The position numbers and the translations under genes were made by a program. From a virus (taxonomy: Duplodnaviria; Caudoviricetes): a DNA stretch of 35,219 nt. The stretch lies in the IMG/VR virus record IMGVR_UViG_3300013005_000095, positions 1 to 35,219 of that record; one strand, 5' to 3'. Under the pieces are notes generated by a model. The model was given only the letters and a program-made list of their open reading frames with translations. It was not told the DNA's origin and searched no databases. Shown one piece after another: positions 35,008 through 35,219 of the stretch; position 1 is the stretch's first letter, and each line of letters opens with the position of its first letter.

Positions 35008-35219
35008 ACTGTAATGCATCTAGAAAGTACTTAGGAAACTGAGACTTAGCTTCTGTAATTAAACGCATAAATGTTTTGTCCGGTATGAATGTGGCTCCGA
35101 AGTCATCAGGAGTTCTGCATATTCTACCCGCCGCCTGTACCAGAGTCTTAATGGTTTCCCAGTTAAACCATTCCGGATCTAATTCCGCTAGATGTTTAAT
35201 AGCGGGATTGCCTAGAGAC
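34997..35219 (-). CDS. C-terminus of DinG/YoaA/XPD-family helicase (5' end outside window)
   Basis: Own translation …ETIKTLVQAAGRICRTPDDFGATFIPDKTF…FPKYF…; Q-x2-GR-x2-R-x3-D-x-G is motif VI of this family. Not in the ORF track. Confidence 0.85.
   Translation of the reverse strand, partial: SLGNPAIKHLAELDPEWFNWETIKTLVQAAGRICRTPDDFGATFIPDKTFMRLITEAKSQFPKYFLDALQFAE

Noticed and set aside
1-35219. Stop-codon reassignment
   Set aside because: TAA, TAG and TGA all end full-length, tightly packed genes under the standard code.

Overview
Part of a tailed dsDNA phage genome (standard genetic code, canonical AGGAG Shine-Dalgarno sites, sigma70-like promoters). The + strand (1-31654) is a virion morphogenesis arm with a podovirus-like layout: end of a fibre-like gene, terminase large subunit, portal, M15-type peptidase endolysin, scaffold, major capsid protein, several fibre/collar genes, head-tail adaptor, a very large nozzle-like protein and five probable internal/ejection proteins. 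No sheath, tube or tape-measure gene was recognised. The - strand (31651-35219) is the end of a convergent DNA-metabolism arm (DinG/XPD-like helicase C-terminus, dNMP kinase, FmdB-type Zn ribbon, a degenerate dUTPase-like protein, small ORFs). Best leads: (i) a ~265-nt GC-rich structured non-coding element after the capsid gene with two ~50-nt tandem units, each ending in a GGGG-N8-CCCC-ACCA minihelix; (ii) a 24-bp element found in inverted orientation at the two tandem-promoter regions ~16.8 kb apart; (iii) small highly charged proteins sharing a K-[LM]-K-x(0-3)-M-P motif, next to a Dps/ferritin-like gene inside the structural module (possible capsid-cargo system). All protein calls come from motifs and gene order read by eye; no searches were run.
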